Shown: positions 49,389 through 58,644, counted from the first letter of the stretch. The stretch: DNA of 61,918 bases from a candidate division Zixibacteria bacterium SM1_73 (GCA_001304225.1 LJVD01000004.1:1-61918); one strand, 5' to 3'. A program made the numbers and translations. Notes: generated by a model not told the origin, from the letters alone.

Positions 49389-50630
49389 CTAAAAGGTCTC
49401 CCGCATGGCGCAGTGTTCTCCGCACATGGTGCATTTTTTATAATCGGCCTCGACCTTACCTCTTTTCTTTCTTGCCCTTTCCGGATCCAAACTCAGATTT
49501 ATCGTCTTTTCCCAGTCGAATTTCTTTCTGGCCTCAGAGATCTTATCATCTAACTCTTCAGCTTTCGCTACTCCTTTAGCAATATCCGCAGCATGAGCGG
49601 CAATCTTGGAGGCAATGATTCCTTGCCTCACATCCTCCAAATCAGGTAAGCTTAAATGTTCGGCCGGGGTCACATAACAAAGGAAATCCGCTCCTGCAGA
49701 AGCCGCAATAGCCCCACCTATGGCAGAGACGATGTGGTCATATCCCGGAGCACAGTCTATCACCAGAGGACCTAAGACATAAAAGGGCGCACCCTTGCAA
49801 AGCTTCTTTTCCAAAAGCACATTGGCTTCGATCTCATGAATGGGAATATGGCCGGGACCTTCCACCATTGCCTGCACTCCCTTTTCCCTTGCCCTTTCCA
49901 CCAACTCTCCCAGGACCAGAAGTTCTTCGACCTGGGTACGATCGGTGGAATCGGCAATCGAGCCTGGCCTTAATCCATCACCCAAACTCAGGGCGGCATT
50001 ATACTCTTTGGCCAAATCCAAAAGCTCATCGTAATATTCATATAAAGGATTTTCCCTGTTATGGGACTTCATCCATCTATACAAAAATGCTCCGCCCCGG
50101 CTGACGATCCCGGTGACCCTTTTCTTTTCCTCAATGATGGGGAATGCTCTTTTGGTGAGCCCGCAGTGGACGGTTAAGAAATCGACCCCGGTTTTGAGAT
50201 GATCCTCGATCACGGAAAACAAAGAATCCTTGGTCATCTGCTCCAAGGATTTCCCGTTTTGAGCCAATTTGCATACCGCCTCATAAATGGGAACCGTTCC
50301 CACGGGGATTTCCGCCCGGTTTAAGATCTCCACTCTCAAATCACGAATCTCTCCACCAGTGGAAAGATCCATAACAGTGTCTGCCTTAAGCTTTTGGGAA
50401 AGTTCCAATTTTTTCAGCTCTAAGTCGAAATCGATCCTATCCGGGGAGGTGCCTAAATTCACATTGATCTTAGTCCTTAAGCCTTTTCCCACTCCCACCG
50501 GCTTCGCTTTTTGGTGCATCTTGTTCTTGAGGATGACTATGGTTCCTTTTTGCACCGCTTCTTTTACGAATCCAGTTTCGAGCCCCTCATCTTTTGCTAC
50601 TATTTTAATATGTTCCTCTTTTACTGGCAT
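49389..50630 (-). CDS. thiC: phosphomethylpyrimidine synthase
   Basis: Radical-SAM ThiC core and the C-terminal CTMCGEHCAMR cluster motif. Confidence 0.9.
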   Translation of the reverse strand: MPVKEEHIKIVAKDEGLETGFVKEAVQKGTIVILKNKMHQKAKPVGVGKGLRTKINVNLGTSPDRIDFDLELKKLELSQKLKADTVMDLSTGGEIRDLRVEILNRAEIPVGTVPIYEAVCKLAQNGKSLEQMTKDSLFSVIEDHLKTGVDFLTVHCGLTKRAFPIIEEKKRVTGIVSRGGAFLYRWMKSHNRENPLYEYYDELLDLAKEYNAALSLGDGLRPGSIADSTDRTQVEELLVLGELVERAREKGVQAMVEGPGHIPIHEIEANVLLEKKLCKGAPFYVLGPLVIDCAPGYDHIVSAIGGAIAASAGADFLCYVTPAEHLSLPDLEDVRQGIIASKIAAHAADIAKGVAKAEELDDKISEARKKFDWEKTINLSLDPERARKKRGKVEADYKKCTMCGEHCAMRETF

Positions 50631-50973
50631 AAGAGCTTCCTTAAATCAAACGATTTATTTCTCCCGGGAATGATAAACACAAATCGTTTCACATTAGATA
50701 ATACAATGGATCGGCTTTGTCAAGCAATTATTTAGAAGTGCTCCGATCATATCTGCATACGGCAAGTCAGACCTGCCCGTTGGTATGCACCATATGAAGC
50801 ATACCGTTGGCATGAACCATTTGGTTCATATAGTCAGAAAATAAGGAGTTTCTTTGTTTACAAATTTTTTAGTCGGGTCAAAACCCGACAGTACTCACGT
50901 TAGTTGCAGCGTACAACTCTGCCTACTCTGAACACCGTTGAAGGAGGGTGTGACGCTCTTTTATTTGCAGAAT

Positions 50974-51003
50974 GGTCAAGGGTGAGACACCCTTGACCAA
51001 CAA
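50974..51003 (+). repeat. REP-like hairpin, family H (left flank of accessory island)
   Basis: ggtcaagggtgagacacccttgaccaacaa. The reverse complement of 58645-58675 differs by a single 1-nt indel. Confidence 0.75.
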
Positions 51004-51119
51004 GCCATTTCTTTCGTCAGGTACAAGACCCGTAGCCATCTCATATTGCCTGTAGCCACGAAACTCCGGGTGCGATGCTTTTTCTGTGTGTTAAAGAAAC
51101 AGTCGAGTAAACTCGACCA

Positions 51120-53777
51120 TTACATCAATCCGTTTGATTCGATGACAAGCCCCTCCGCCATCTTTCCTATCTCTACATCTGTATTTTTCAAAAGCGCATC
51201 CTTGTTTAATTCTATGTTTTTCTTGGGTATGGTCAATCGATAAGAACCCAAGCGATTATTTTCAAAGAGAGCTTGACCCTGGTTTAGACTTGGTTTTATC
51301 TGGTTTTTTAACCTATGCAAATATCTGGCCTGATTTTCTCCTGGTTCGAAATCGTCTTTGTGAATCCATCCACCTTCATTTTTGAAGAGTGCCCAGGTCA
51401 GCTTAATCAAATATTTGAAACTCTTTGCAGGGAGATTTACCCTCTTTCCGTTAACCAAAACCGAAAACTTATCCTTTACTGCAGATCCATCAATCACCAA
51501 CTCTATTCCCTCTTGTTCTAAACTTCGAGTCTCCTGTTTTTTTGACCTAAATATAGAATCTTGAACCTTGAATTTTGAATCGTGAATTCTTTCTTTCAAT
51601 CTTTCCGCCACTCTGGTCGGGATGAGTTTTTCCAACTCAGCAAGTTTCGCTTCCTTTATTTTCTTTGGGTCGGAAAACTTGTTTTCCACCAAATTCCAGA
51701 TGTAATCTCTGCCAAGTCCAGGAGTTCTCAATTTTGCCAACTTCAAACCTCTTTGATCCACTCCGAAGTTCACCCCTTGTGAGAGGTTTTTTAAGAAAGC
51801 AATTAACTTTCTGCTTAAGTTTAAAACACGAGCAATTCCACAAGCAGCATCCAGAAGCCAGCTTGCCTTTTTGCCAATCTGATCGATCTGACCTGACCGG
51901 CAATAATATTTGTTCTCTAAATTTAGGGTATTTTGGGGTGTTATCCAATCGGACAAAAGGAAAGAAAGTTTTACCAACTGGGTCTCTTTATGAGTGAATC
52001 CAATTTTTCTTTCCAAAAGGTCTTTGATCTCGTCATTTGTGCTTTGACTTTGTGGATATCTTTGCGACAATGCCTCTTCGTAGACTTTGTTCTGCTCCTC
52101 AAAAGGAAAAACATTTATATAAATATCCTCTCCGTCCTTTGTATCCAAAATATCATAAAACCAACTGAAAGGATCGAAATCTGAAGGTCCCTCTAATTTC
52201 CTCTTAAGAAGGAGTCCGGTTTGAACGGAGATACCCTTGAGAGCACACAAAGTCCCAAGCTTGGAGGCAAAGACTGTTTTTCCCTTGTCTGTGGTTAGAA
52301 GCATTTTATTTTGAATTAACTCTTCGACTTTTTCATCCAAAGCCCCGCCAAAGGCGGGATCGGAAATAAATCTTCCACTGGGAGCGGCTTTGATAACTTG
52401 TTCCAACTGAGACCTGTTTTTGGCGGCTTTGGATGTGATCAAGTCCAAGATTGTATCTTCCATATCCTTTTTATCTAACTGGAAAACGATCTTTTCGTCC
52501 TCTCCTTCGATATATCCTTCCCAAAGGGAATCGAAATGGAATTTATTAGCCGCAATCAGGATGGATCTGCCAAAATCTTTCTCCAGTCCGAATCTCCCTG
52601 CCCTTCCGGACATGTTTTCATATTCGCTCAAAGATATGGGCAGCATCACCGTCTTACCCGAATATTCTCCTAATTGATATTTTTGAGTCTCGATGAAAAC
52701 GGTTTTGGCGGGAAGGTTGACTCCCATAGATAAAGTGGTGGTGGAGAAGATAACCCTGACCTCTCCCTGGAGATAGAAAAACTCAACTGTCCTTCTTTCG
52801 TCAAAAGACAAGTCTGCATTGTGAAAGGCTATCCCTTTTTGAAGGCATCCTATCAGTTTTTCTTTCAAGGTAGTGTTTTCCAAATCAGACAAAGCCTCGA
52901 TTGCGTTCAAACAAGGAGGAAGGTTCGCTTTCTCCGAAAAAAGAGAGGCAAGAGTTTCTGAATCGAGTTTGCTTTTCAAAAAAACTAGGACCTGTTCGCC
53001 ATCCTTGACTAATTTTTCCACATTAGCAAAAAGAATCGGATGTGCTTCTTCCGAATCCAAGCTCACCAATTCCTCTGTTCCCTCTTCCCTTGAATTATGT
53101 TTTTTGTAGAAAAAATTTCCATCCAGGAGTATTCCCTGCCAAAGCTCCACCGGTCTTGATTTCTCTAAAAGAAGCTTGCATTCTAACCAGGAGGACAATT
53201 CATCCACCTCACTCAAAACGGCAGATAGACCCAAAATCTGCGGGCGATACTTGGAAGTTCTAATTTTGAGCAAAGCCAACTCCAAAACCGGGCCCCGGGA
53301 GGGATCAGCGATCATCTGAAGTTCATCCACAATGATGAGATTGACCTGGTTCAAAATATCCATATTCTTGATCAGAAGCTGATTGAACTTTTCGTAGATC
53401 ATGATGGCCAAATCGAAATCACCCTTTTCTATTCTTCTATCATGTTCCTGCCGATCCTTGGTGGAGATGACCACACCTATCCCTAGTTCTGAATATTTCT
53501 CCTGAAAATCTGAAAACTTCTCCTCGGCTATGGCTTTTAAGGGGACCAGATAGATCACCTTTTTCCTTTTGAATAAATTTGCCACCGAAGCCATCTCACC
53601 GCAGAAAGTCTTACCCGAAGAGGTGGGAGCGGAGATGATCAGACTTTGACCATTCAACAGGCCATGTTTGGTTACTGCTAAGGCTTGTAGAGGTAATAGC
53701 TCTTCACCCTGATTTTTTCTCCAGCTTTCGATGACCGACTCGGGAATTCCATATCTTAAAAGTTTTTCTACTCTCAT
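51120..53777 (-). CDS. Hel308/Ski2-like SF2 helicase fused to a C-terminal OmpR/PhoB-type winged-helix domain
   Basis: LLPLQALAV, Walker A APTSSGKT and VDELQ. HhH-like LRTPGLGRDYIWNLV. C-terminal VNGKRVNLPAKSFKYLIKLTWALFKNEGGWIHKDDF...RYLHRLKNQI...RLGSYRLTI matches the trans_reg_C pattern. Confidence 0.75.
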   Translation of the reverse strand: MRVEKLLRYGIPESVIESWRKNQGEELLPLQALAVTKHGLLNGQSLIISAPTSSGKTFCGEMASVANLFKRKKVIYLVPLKAIAEEKFSDFQEKYSELGIGVVISTKDRQEHDRRIEKGDFDLAIMIYEKFNQLLIKNMDILNQVNLIIVDELQMIADPSRGPVLELALLKIRTSKYRPQILGLSAVLSEVDELSSWLECKLLLEKSRPVELWQGILLDGNFFYKKHNSREEGTEELVSLDSEEAHPILFANVEKLVKDGEQVLVFLKSKLDSETLASLFSEKANLPPCLNAIEALSDLENTTLKEKLIGCLQKGIAFHNADLSFDERRTVEFFYLQGEVRVIFSTTTLSMGVNLPAKTVFIETQKYQLGEYSGKTVMLPISLSEYENMSGRAGRFGLEKDFGRSILIAANKFHFDSLWEGYIEGEDEKIVFQLDKKDMEDTILDLITSKAAKNRSQLEQVIKAAPSGRFISDPAFGGALDEKVEELIQNKMLLTTDKGKTVFASKLGTLCALKGISVQTGLLLKRKLEGPSDFDPFSWFYDILDTKDGEDIYINVFPFEEQNKVYEEALSQRYPQSQSTNDEIKDLLERKIGFTHKETQLVKLSFLLSDWITPQNTLNLENKYYCRSGQIDQIGKKASWLLDAACGIARVLNLSRKLIAFLKNLSQGVNFGVDQRGLKLAKLRTPGLGRDYIWNLVENKFSDPKKIKEAKLAELEKLIPTRVAERLKERIHDSKFKVQDSIFRSKKQETRSLEQEGIELVIDGSAVKDKFSVLVNGKRVNLPAKSFKYLIKLTWALFKNEGGWIHKDDFEPGENQARYLHRLKNQIKPSLNQGQALFENNRLGSYRLTIPKKNIELNKDALLKNTDVEIGKMAEGLVIESNGLM

Positions 53778-53849
53778 TTTACCCCTCCTATTTTAACGGG
53801 TCTCATAGTCAAGGACTCTAGCATGAACCACATAACCGTTACGGGATGC

Positions 53850-53878
53850 AATATACTGCACATCTGTGCAGATGTCAA
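53850..53878 (-). promoter_or_regulatory. sigma70-like promoter with LexA-box-like palindrome (helicase gene)
   Basis: The minus strand reads TTGACA (53878-53873), 17 nt, then TATATT (53855-53850). The spacer is the perfect palindrome CTGCACA-GA-TGTGCAG. 36 of 39 nt are identical to the lexA-operon promoter. Confidence 0.55.
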
Positions 53879-53942
53879 GGAAAAAAATATAAAAATGTTA
53901 TCCTCTACCGGTGAACCCTCATAACTTTGGCTTGCCAGTTCC

Positions 53943-54314
53943 TCACTTAATGATGAATTTCTTCAACCTCTTTTCGTCAACTTGAGTATCGATCAATTTG
54001 ATCAGATCTCGCGTCAGCTTTTTGTGATCTTTGTGTCCTCTCTTTACTGGCGTAATAAAAAGTACGGTGACAACTCTTTTATCGTGGTCTGTTTTTATGA
54101 ATATCCTATGCCCTGTTCGTCCTCCCACCCAAAGTTTCTTTACCTTTCCGGCGAGATCCGGCGGTAGGAATTTTCGCGGGGTTCCAGCATTTGGCGGATC
54201 ACTGGCTATTACCTGAAGTTGCGTGTCAACCTGACGTTTTAAAAACGAGTTTTCCTGCATATGTTTATATTGGTATTTAAAGATTTCGTGCCAGGCTATT
54301 TTATAAGAAGTCAA
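53943..54314 (-). CDS. RelE/ParE-superfamily-like toxin
   Basis: 123 aa with KKLWVGGRTGHRIFIKTDHDKRVVTVLFITPVKRGH, resembling the RelE/ParE core beta strands. It sits 17 nt after the Panacea-like gene. Confidence 0.5.
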   Translation of the reverse strand: MTSYKIAWHEIFKYQYKHMQENSFLKRQVDTQLQVIASDPPNAGTPRKFLPPDLAGKVKKLWVGGRTGHRIFIKTDHDKRVVTVLFITPVKRGHKDHKKLTRDLIKLIDTQVDEKRLKKFIIK

Positions 54315-54331
54315 TCCCCCTCCTCGCCACT

Positions 54332-54886
54332 CTAAACACGTCTCATGGCGCTTATAAAATCAGGGTCAAGGCCAAGCTCCAAATCTTCGCAATCATCATC
54401 TGATAAGTCGACAGGAATCCTTGGTGGCAGCTTTTCCTCAAAAATGTCTATTCCCTTTGCCACCGCCTCCAAATATTCTGGGTCGGAATGTGCCTTTTTG
54501 AGCAATTCTTCCTCTGGAAGATAACCGTATGTCTCTACCGATTTATTGATTTTTTCTTTCAGTTTGGCGTGAGTATGAGACATAGCCAGACTGTAGAATC
54601 TCATACTCTTTTTGTCTGTTAGAGAGTACTTATTCCCCTGGCCACTCTCAAGCGGGGTCGCCTTAGTATGATTCATGGACAATAGCTGTTCGTTAATAGT
54701 ATCTAAATCACCGCTGTGCGGACCATATAGATCGCATTTAAATCCAAATGGTTTTAGGCTGGCGTTTTTTAGGCCAAAATAGGCAACTTTGTTCAGCCTA
54801 AGCAGTCCGTAAACTCCATCCTTGAAGCGTCCAATGGTATACAAAAGGACCAATCTTTTGAAGGTATCTTTAGATATAGTACCCAT
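54332..54886 (-). CDS. Panacea (DUF4065)-like antitoxin candidate
   Basis: LLRLNKVAYFGL...FKCDLYGPHSGDLDTINEQL resembles the KLxKLLYxA...YGPV signature. Acidic C-terminal tail. Confidence 0.5.
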   Translation of the reverse strand: MGTISKDTFKRLVLLYTIGRFKDGVYGLLRLNKVAYFGLKNASLKPFGFKCDLYGPHSGDLDTINEQLLSMNHTKATPLESGQGNKYSLTDKKSMRFYSLAMSHTHAKLKEKINKSVETYGYLPEEELLKKAHSDPEYLEAVAKGIDIFEEKLPPRIPVDLSDDDCEDLELGLDPDFISAMRRV

Positions 54887-55307
54887 TTCGTTTACCTCCG
54901 TTTTGAAGCCTTTTCGACTTCATTCCACACAATTCAGAAAAATCTCGGTTTTTGATTGCTTTTTCTATTTTTTTGCACATATACCAGGTGGTTTTGTAAG
55001 GGAGCTCCAAATCTCTGCTTATTTGATTTATCGTCGCTTTCTTGGTTGAACAAATGAGATACAAAGCTATGAACCATTTGGTTAATGGAATGTAAGTTTT
55101 GTGAAAAATAGTTCCGGCGGTAACGGAGAATTGATACCTGCAATGGGAACATTCAAATTTTTTAACCGTTTCAATCCTTGTGATTTTCCTTCCACCGCAT
55201 CTCGGACAAAGAACACCATTTGGCCAACGTACCTTCTCAAGATACTTCTCGCATTCCTGTTCGGTTGCTAACCTGTTTATTATTTCTAACAACCTCATAA
55301 GAATCAT
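54870..55307 (-). CDS. stand-alone IS1595-type transposase zinc-ribbon domain protein (no DDE domain)
   Basis: CEKYLEKVRWPNGVLCPRCGG...FECSHCRYQFSVTAGTIFHKTYIPLTKWF. It overlaps the next gene by 17 nt. Confidence 0.65.
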   Translation of the reverse strand: MILMRLLEIINRLATEQECEKYLEKVRWPNGVLCPRCGGRKITRIETVKKFECSHCRYQFSVTAGTIFHKTYIPLTKWFIALYLICSTKKATINQISRDLELPYKTTWYMCKKIEKAIKNRDFSELCGMKSKRLQNGGKRNGYYI

Positions 55308-55317
55308 GTCCTATATT

Positions 55318-55346
55318 ACTATACGGCATTTATTTGCTTCTGTCAA
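55318..55346 (-). promoter_or_regulatory. sigma70-like promoter of the Zn-ribbon/PanA/RelE operon (near-leaderless)
   Basis: The minus strand reads TTGACA (55346-55341), 17 nt, then TATAGT (55323-55318). The ATG at 55307 lies 10 nt downstream of the -10 hexamer. Confidence 0.45.
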
Positions 55347-55665
55347 GTAATATTTTTGCTTGTTGCACATTTCATCGTCTGTGTGTCTTATTATTTAACT
55401 TCAACAATGATAAGCGGTTAAGTTTACATCTTGCTTCCGTGACGTTATAATATCAGAGGTCATTCTTCAGCCTGCTTTACTTCCAGCCCAACTGATTGTC
55501 GGATACACGCTTGCCTAGCTTTATGCCAGTGCGTTTTTCTCGCCCCTAACGTGCAACCCTCATCTAAATAGGCGACATATCACTTTCACCACAACTTTGA
55601 TGGTGATGGAGATAAGTCTTGAGTTTTTGAGAGGCTTGAAACCATTTTTTAGGTAGAGGATAGAT

Positions 55666-57033
55666 ATGACTTCCTTTTTAAGAGATTTCTGGAAAAGGCT
55701 TTTTGCTCGCCGGAGATCGGTTCTTCCAATTAAAAGCGCGAATCAAAATGAATTTAATGTTATGATTGGTCAAAGTCTTGGAGGCATCAAGTCAAAGAAG
55801 TTTAACTTCTCCGCAGGCTCTGTGGGAAAAGAATTTCCCACCTCGCCGGTCTCTAAAAGAACCTCATATTTGGGTCAAGGAGGACTTCTACTACCTCAGT
55901 CCAGCTTATATGATAGTTCTTTTCGCATCAGGCTTTACCGTTTCCTGAGGGATAATATCCCGGTTTTGAACTCTGCGATCTGGACCTGGACTCGCATCTG
56001 TGCCTCACCCAGCTATTTTGAATTGAAAGGATCAGAGGAGCCCAAACTTTTGGATAATGCATTTGAGGTGCTCAAGAATTTGGATCGACGCATTTATCAA
56101 CACAGCTTCCAGAAGTTCGGTGGAGCCGATGCGCTTTTGACCCAATTTTTTGGCTCGCTTTTCACCGATGGTGCAGTGTGTGGAGAGTTAGTTTTAACCG
56201 CGTCCAGAGATAAATTGGACAAGTTCTATTTCATCGATCCTGCCACCATCAGATTTAAGCTGAAAGATGATACCAATTGGGAGCTTTACCAGGAAGTGGA
56301 TGGGGTAGAAGTTAAGCTTAATCCAGCCTCCATTTTCTATCTGGGTTTAGACCCGGATCCGGACGATCCCAGGGGGAAAAGCATTTTGAGCTCCATTCCT
56401 TTCGTGGCGAGGGTGGAACAGAGGCTTTTGGAGGATATGCAAAAGACCATGCACAATGCGGGTTACCATCGCTTGCACGTGAAGATAAAGCCACCGGAAA
56501 GGTGCTCCGGCGAATCGGATGAGACTTATATTTCGAGGGCAAATAAGTATTTCGAAGATACGGTTGAGATGATGAAAGAGCTGGCTCCGGAGGATAATCC
56601 CATCACCTGGGACGATATCGGAATCGAATACATCGGTCCCTCCGGACACGTTGCATCCTCCAATTATTGGTATATTAACCACAAAGCCTTGGTGGAGGAC
56701 ATCTGTGCGGGAGTGCATCTGGACCCATTTATGTTGGGCTATTCTTACGGACCTACCAGAAGCTGGGCACAGTTTAAATATGAACTGATGTTAAGAAACG
56801 TCATCTCCATACAGGGCTTAGCTAAAAGATTTATGGAGTGGATCAGAAACATCGAACTGGCTCTGTGGAGAATACCTTTGGAATGTGTTCATCATTTTGA
56901 TAATCGGAAGTTCTTCGGGATGCTGGAGCAAAGAGAAGCAGAGAAGATTCATCTGGAAAATGTCATTCGAAAAAAAGAGTCGGGATTTATCTCAGAGGAG
57001 CAGGCGAAGAGGGAGATAGAAAGTATCCAGTAG
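55666..57033 (+). CDS. putative phage portal protein
   Basis: 455 aa. Size, adjacency to the large terminase, and portal-like segments (IPVLNSAIWTWTR, PRGKSILSSIPFVARVEQRLLEDM). Confidence 0.5.
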   Translation: MTSFLRDFWKRLFARRRSVLPIKSANQNEFNVMIGQSLGGIKSKKFNFSAGSVGKEFPTSPVSKRTSYLGQGGLLLPQSSLYDSSFRIRLYRFLRDNIPVLNSAIWTWTRICASPSYFELKGSEEPKLLDNAFEVLKNLDRRIYQHSFQKFGGADALLTQFFGSLFTDGAVCGELVLTASRDKLDKFYFIDPATIRFKLKDDTNWELYQEVDGVEVKLNPASIFYLGLDPDPDDPRGKSILSSIPFVARVEQRLLEDMQKTMHNAGYHRLHVKIKPPERCSGESDETYISRANKYFEDTVEMMKELAPEDNPITWDDIGIEYIGPSGHVASSNYWYINHKALVEDICAGVHLDPFMLGYSYGPTRSWAQFKYELMLRNVISIQGLAKRFMEWIRNIELALWRIPLECVHHFDNRKFFGMLEQREAEKIHLENVIRKKESGFISEEQAKREIESIQ

Positions 57034-57066
57034 GCAGTACTCAGTAGGCAGACTTCAAACCTGAGA

Positions 57067-57126
57067 TGTAGGGGCGAACCTTCGGGTTCGCCCAAATGTG
57101 GGTGGAGCTGAAGCTCCACCCCTACA
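57067..57126. repeat. nested REP hairpin between portal and terminase
   Basis: tgtagggg[cgaacc-ttcg-ggttcg]cccaaatgtg[ggtggagc-tgaa-gctccacc]cctaca. Confidence 0.7.
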
Positions 57127-57187
57127 TTTTAGCTTTTCGTTACCGTTAAGCGAGCTTCTAATTACGATGGGTTAAAGGGATGATGAT

Positions 57188-58540
57188 TTGCGAAAATCAC
57201 ATGGTTCGACCAAGAAAAAGAAATTTTGGCGAAAAGCAATTTCAGATCCAGTTTTATTTGCCAAAGAATTTTTGGAGATCGAACCGCATCCGGGACAGAT
57301 AAAGTGGCTTTCTGATTCTACCAAACCTGAAAATGCCCTCCATACCGGGAATCGTTGGGGGAAAAGCTTAGTTCAAGCCATCAAAATCCTTCACCGCTGT
57401 ATTTTCAAAATCAGAAATCTTAAATACGATAATGCCGATAAATACGAAGCGGTCAACGCCTCCATCACCCAGGATCAGGCAAAGATTATTTTCAGCAACG
57501 TTATCAGATTGATTAAAGGGAAGCCACTTTTCGAGATTCTGGTGAAAGACGTAAAGTTTACCCCCTTTCCCCATATTATCCTTAGAAACGGTGCTGTCTT
57601 TTGGGCACGGTCGACTCAGAGAAGAGGAGAGTATCTTCTGGGGCACGATTATGACTATTTCAACTTCGATGAGGTAGCATTTGAGCCGCATCCCGAATAT
57701 GTGGTTAATCAGGTTATTATGATGAGACTGGCAGACAGGGCTGGAATGCTGGACTATACCTCCACACCCAAAGGCAAAAACTGGTTTTACCGAAAATGCG
57801 GTGAGCTTCAAAGAAATCCTAAAATCGGTTATGTCCAAAACGGAGATTCCCGTGAAAATCCACATATAAGCCAGGAATATTTGGAGAGAAAATTGAAGAC
57901 TCTATCTCCCAGCAAGATTGAACAAAACATAAAAGGACTATTTATCGACGATGCTTGCCAAATGATAAAAGAGGAATATATCCGAAATGCCATGACTGCC
58001 TCCACTGGTTTATCCAAACCAGCTCCAGGACACCGATACTGTCATGGTTGGGATTTAGCCCGAAAAAGAACTTTTACCGTGGGCATCACCCTGGATATAA
58101 CCCAAAAACCTTATCAAGTTGTGGCTTTTGAGAGGTTTCAAAGAGAGTGGAAGGACGTGTATTCTGCGATCAGAAGAAGGCATAAGGAATATGGCGGAGA
58201 GGTGATAATCGACTCCACCGGATTAGGGGACGTAGTGTTGGCGGAGCTGTCGGACATTAAACCTCAAGGTTTCAATTTCGGAGAAAGGGGAGGAAAAGCA
58301 AAATCTGAGCTTATTGCCAATTTGGAACAAATGCACGCCTTGGGCAATATCGCCTATCCATATGTGGAGCAGATTGAAGAGGATGGGGAATTATGGACTT
58401 TGCAGGATGAGCTGCGAAATTTTTACTGGGACAAGAATCAGGAATGCGATGCAGTGATGGCATTAGCGTTGGCTTTGTGGCTGGTAAGAGAAGGAGAAAA
58501 ATCGCCGTTGATTTTGTTGCCAAGGGTAGAAAAGATTTAA
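57188..58540 (+). CDS. phage terminase large subunit
   Basis: Walker A-like HTGNRWGKS, Walker B YDYFNFDEVAF, and nuclease-domain acidic motifs CHGWDLARK and IIDSTGLGD. TTG start. Confidence 0.7.
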   Translation: MRKSHGSTKKKKFWRKAISDPVLFAKEFLEIEPHPGQIKWLSDSTKPENALHTGNRWGKSLVQAIKILHRCIFKIRNLKYDNADKYEAVNASITQDQAKIIFSNVIRLIKGKPLFEILVKDVKFTPFPHIILRNGAVFWARSTQRRGEYLLGHDYDYFNFDEVAFEPHPEYVVNQVIMMRLADRAGMLDYTSTPKGKNWFYRKCGELQRNPKIGYVQNGDSRENPHISQEYLERKLKTLSPSKIEQNIKGLFIDDACQMIKEEYIRNAMTASTGLSKPAPGHRYCHGWDLARKRTFTVGITLDITQKPYQVVAFERFQREWKDVYSAIRRRHKEYGGEVIIDSTGLGDVVLAELSDIKPQGFNFGERGGKAKSELIANLEQMHALGNIAYPYVEQIEEDGELWTLQDELRNFYWDKNQECDAVMALALALWLVREGEKSPLILLPRVEKI

Positions 58541-58573
58541 AGAACAAGTCAACGGATGGAGCGGATGAAGGGA

Positions 58574-58630
58574 TTGATGTAGCGGAAGGCTTTAGTTTTC
58601 CACTGTGGAAACCTAAAGGTTTCCTCTACA
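58574..58630 (+). repeat. double-hairpin repeat, family D
   Basis: ggaaggctttagttttccactgtggaaacctaaaggtttcctctacat. Confidence 0.75.
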
Positions 58631-58644
58631 TTCTATCTTCTTGG

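Noticed and set aside
50631-50900. Expected TPP riboswitch upstream of thiC.
   Set aside because: I could not find the CUGAGA / ACCUGAUCUGGAUAAUGCCAGCG-type core on the minus strand by eye. I saw only generic hairpins (ggtatgc..gcatacc, atgaacca-tt-tggttcat). An Rfam scan is needed before claiming presence or absence.
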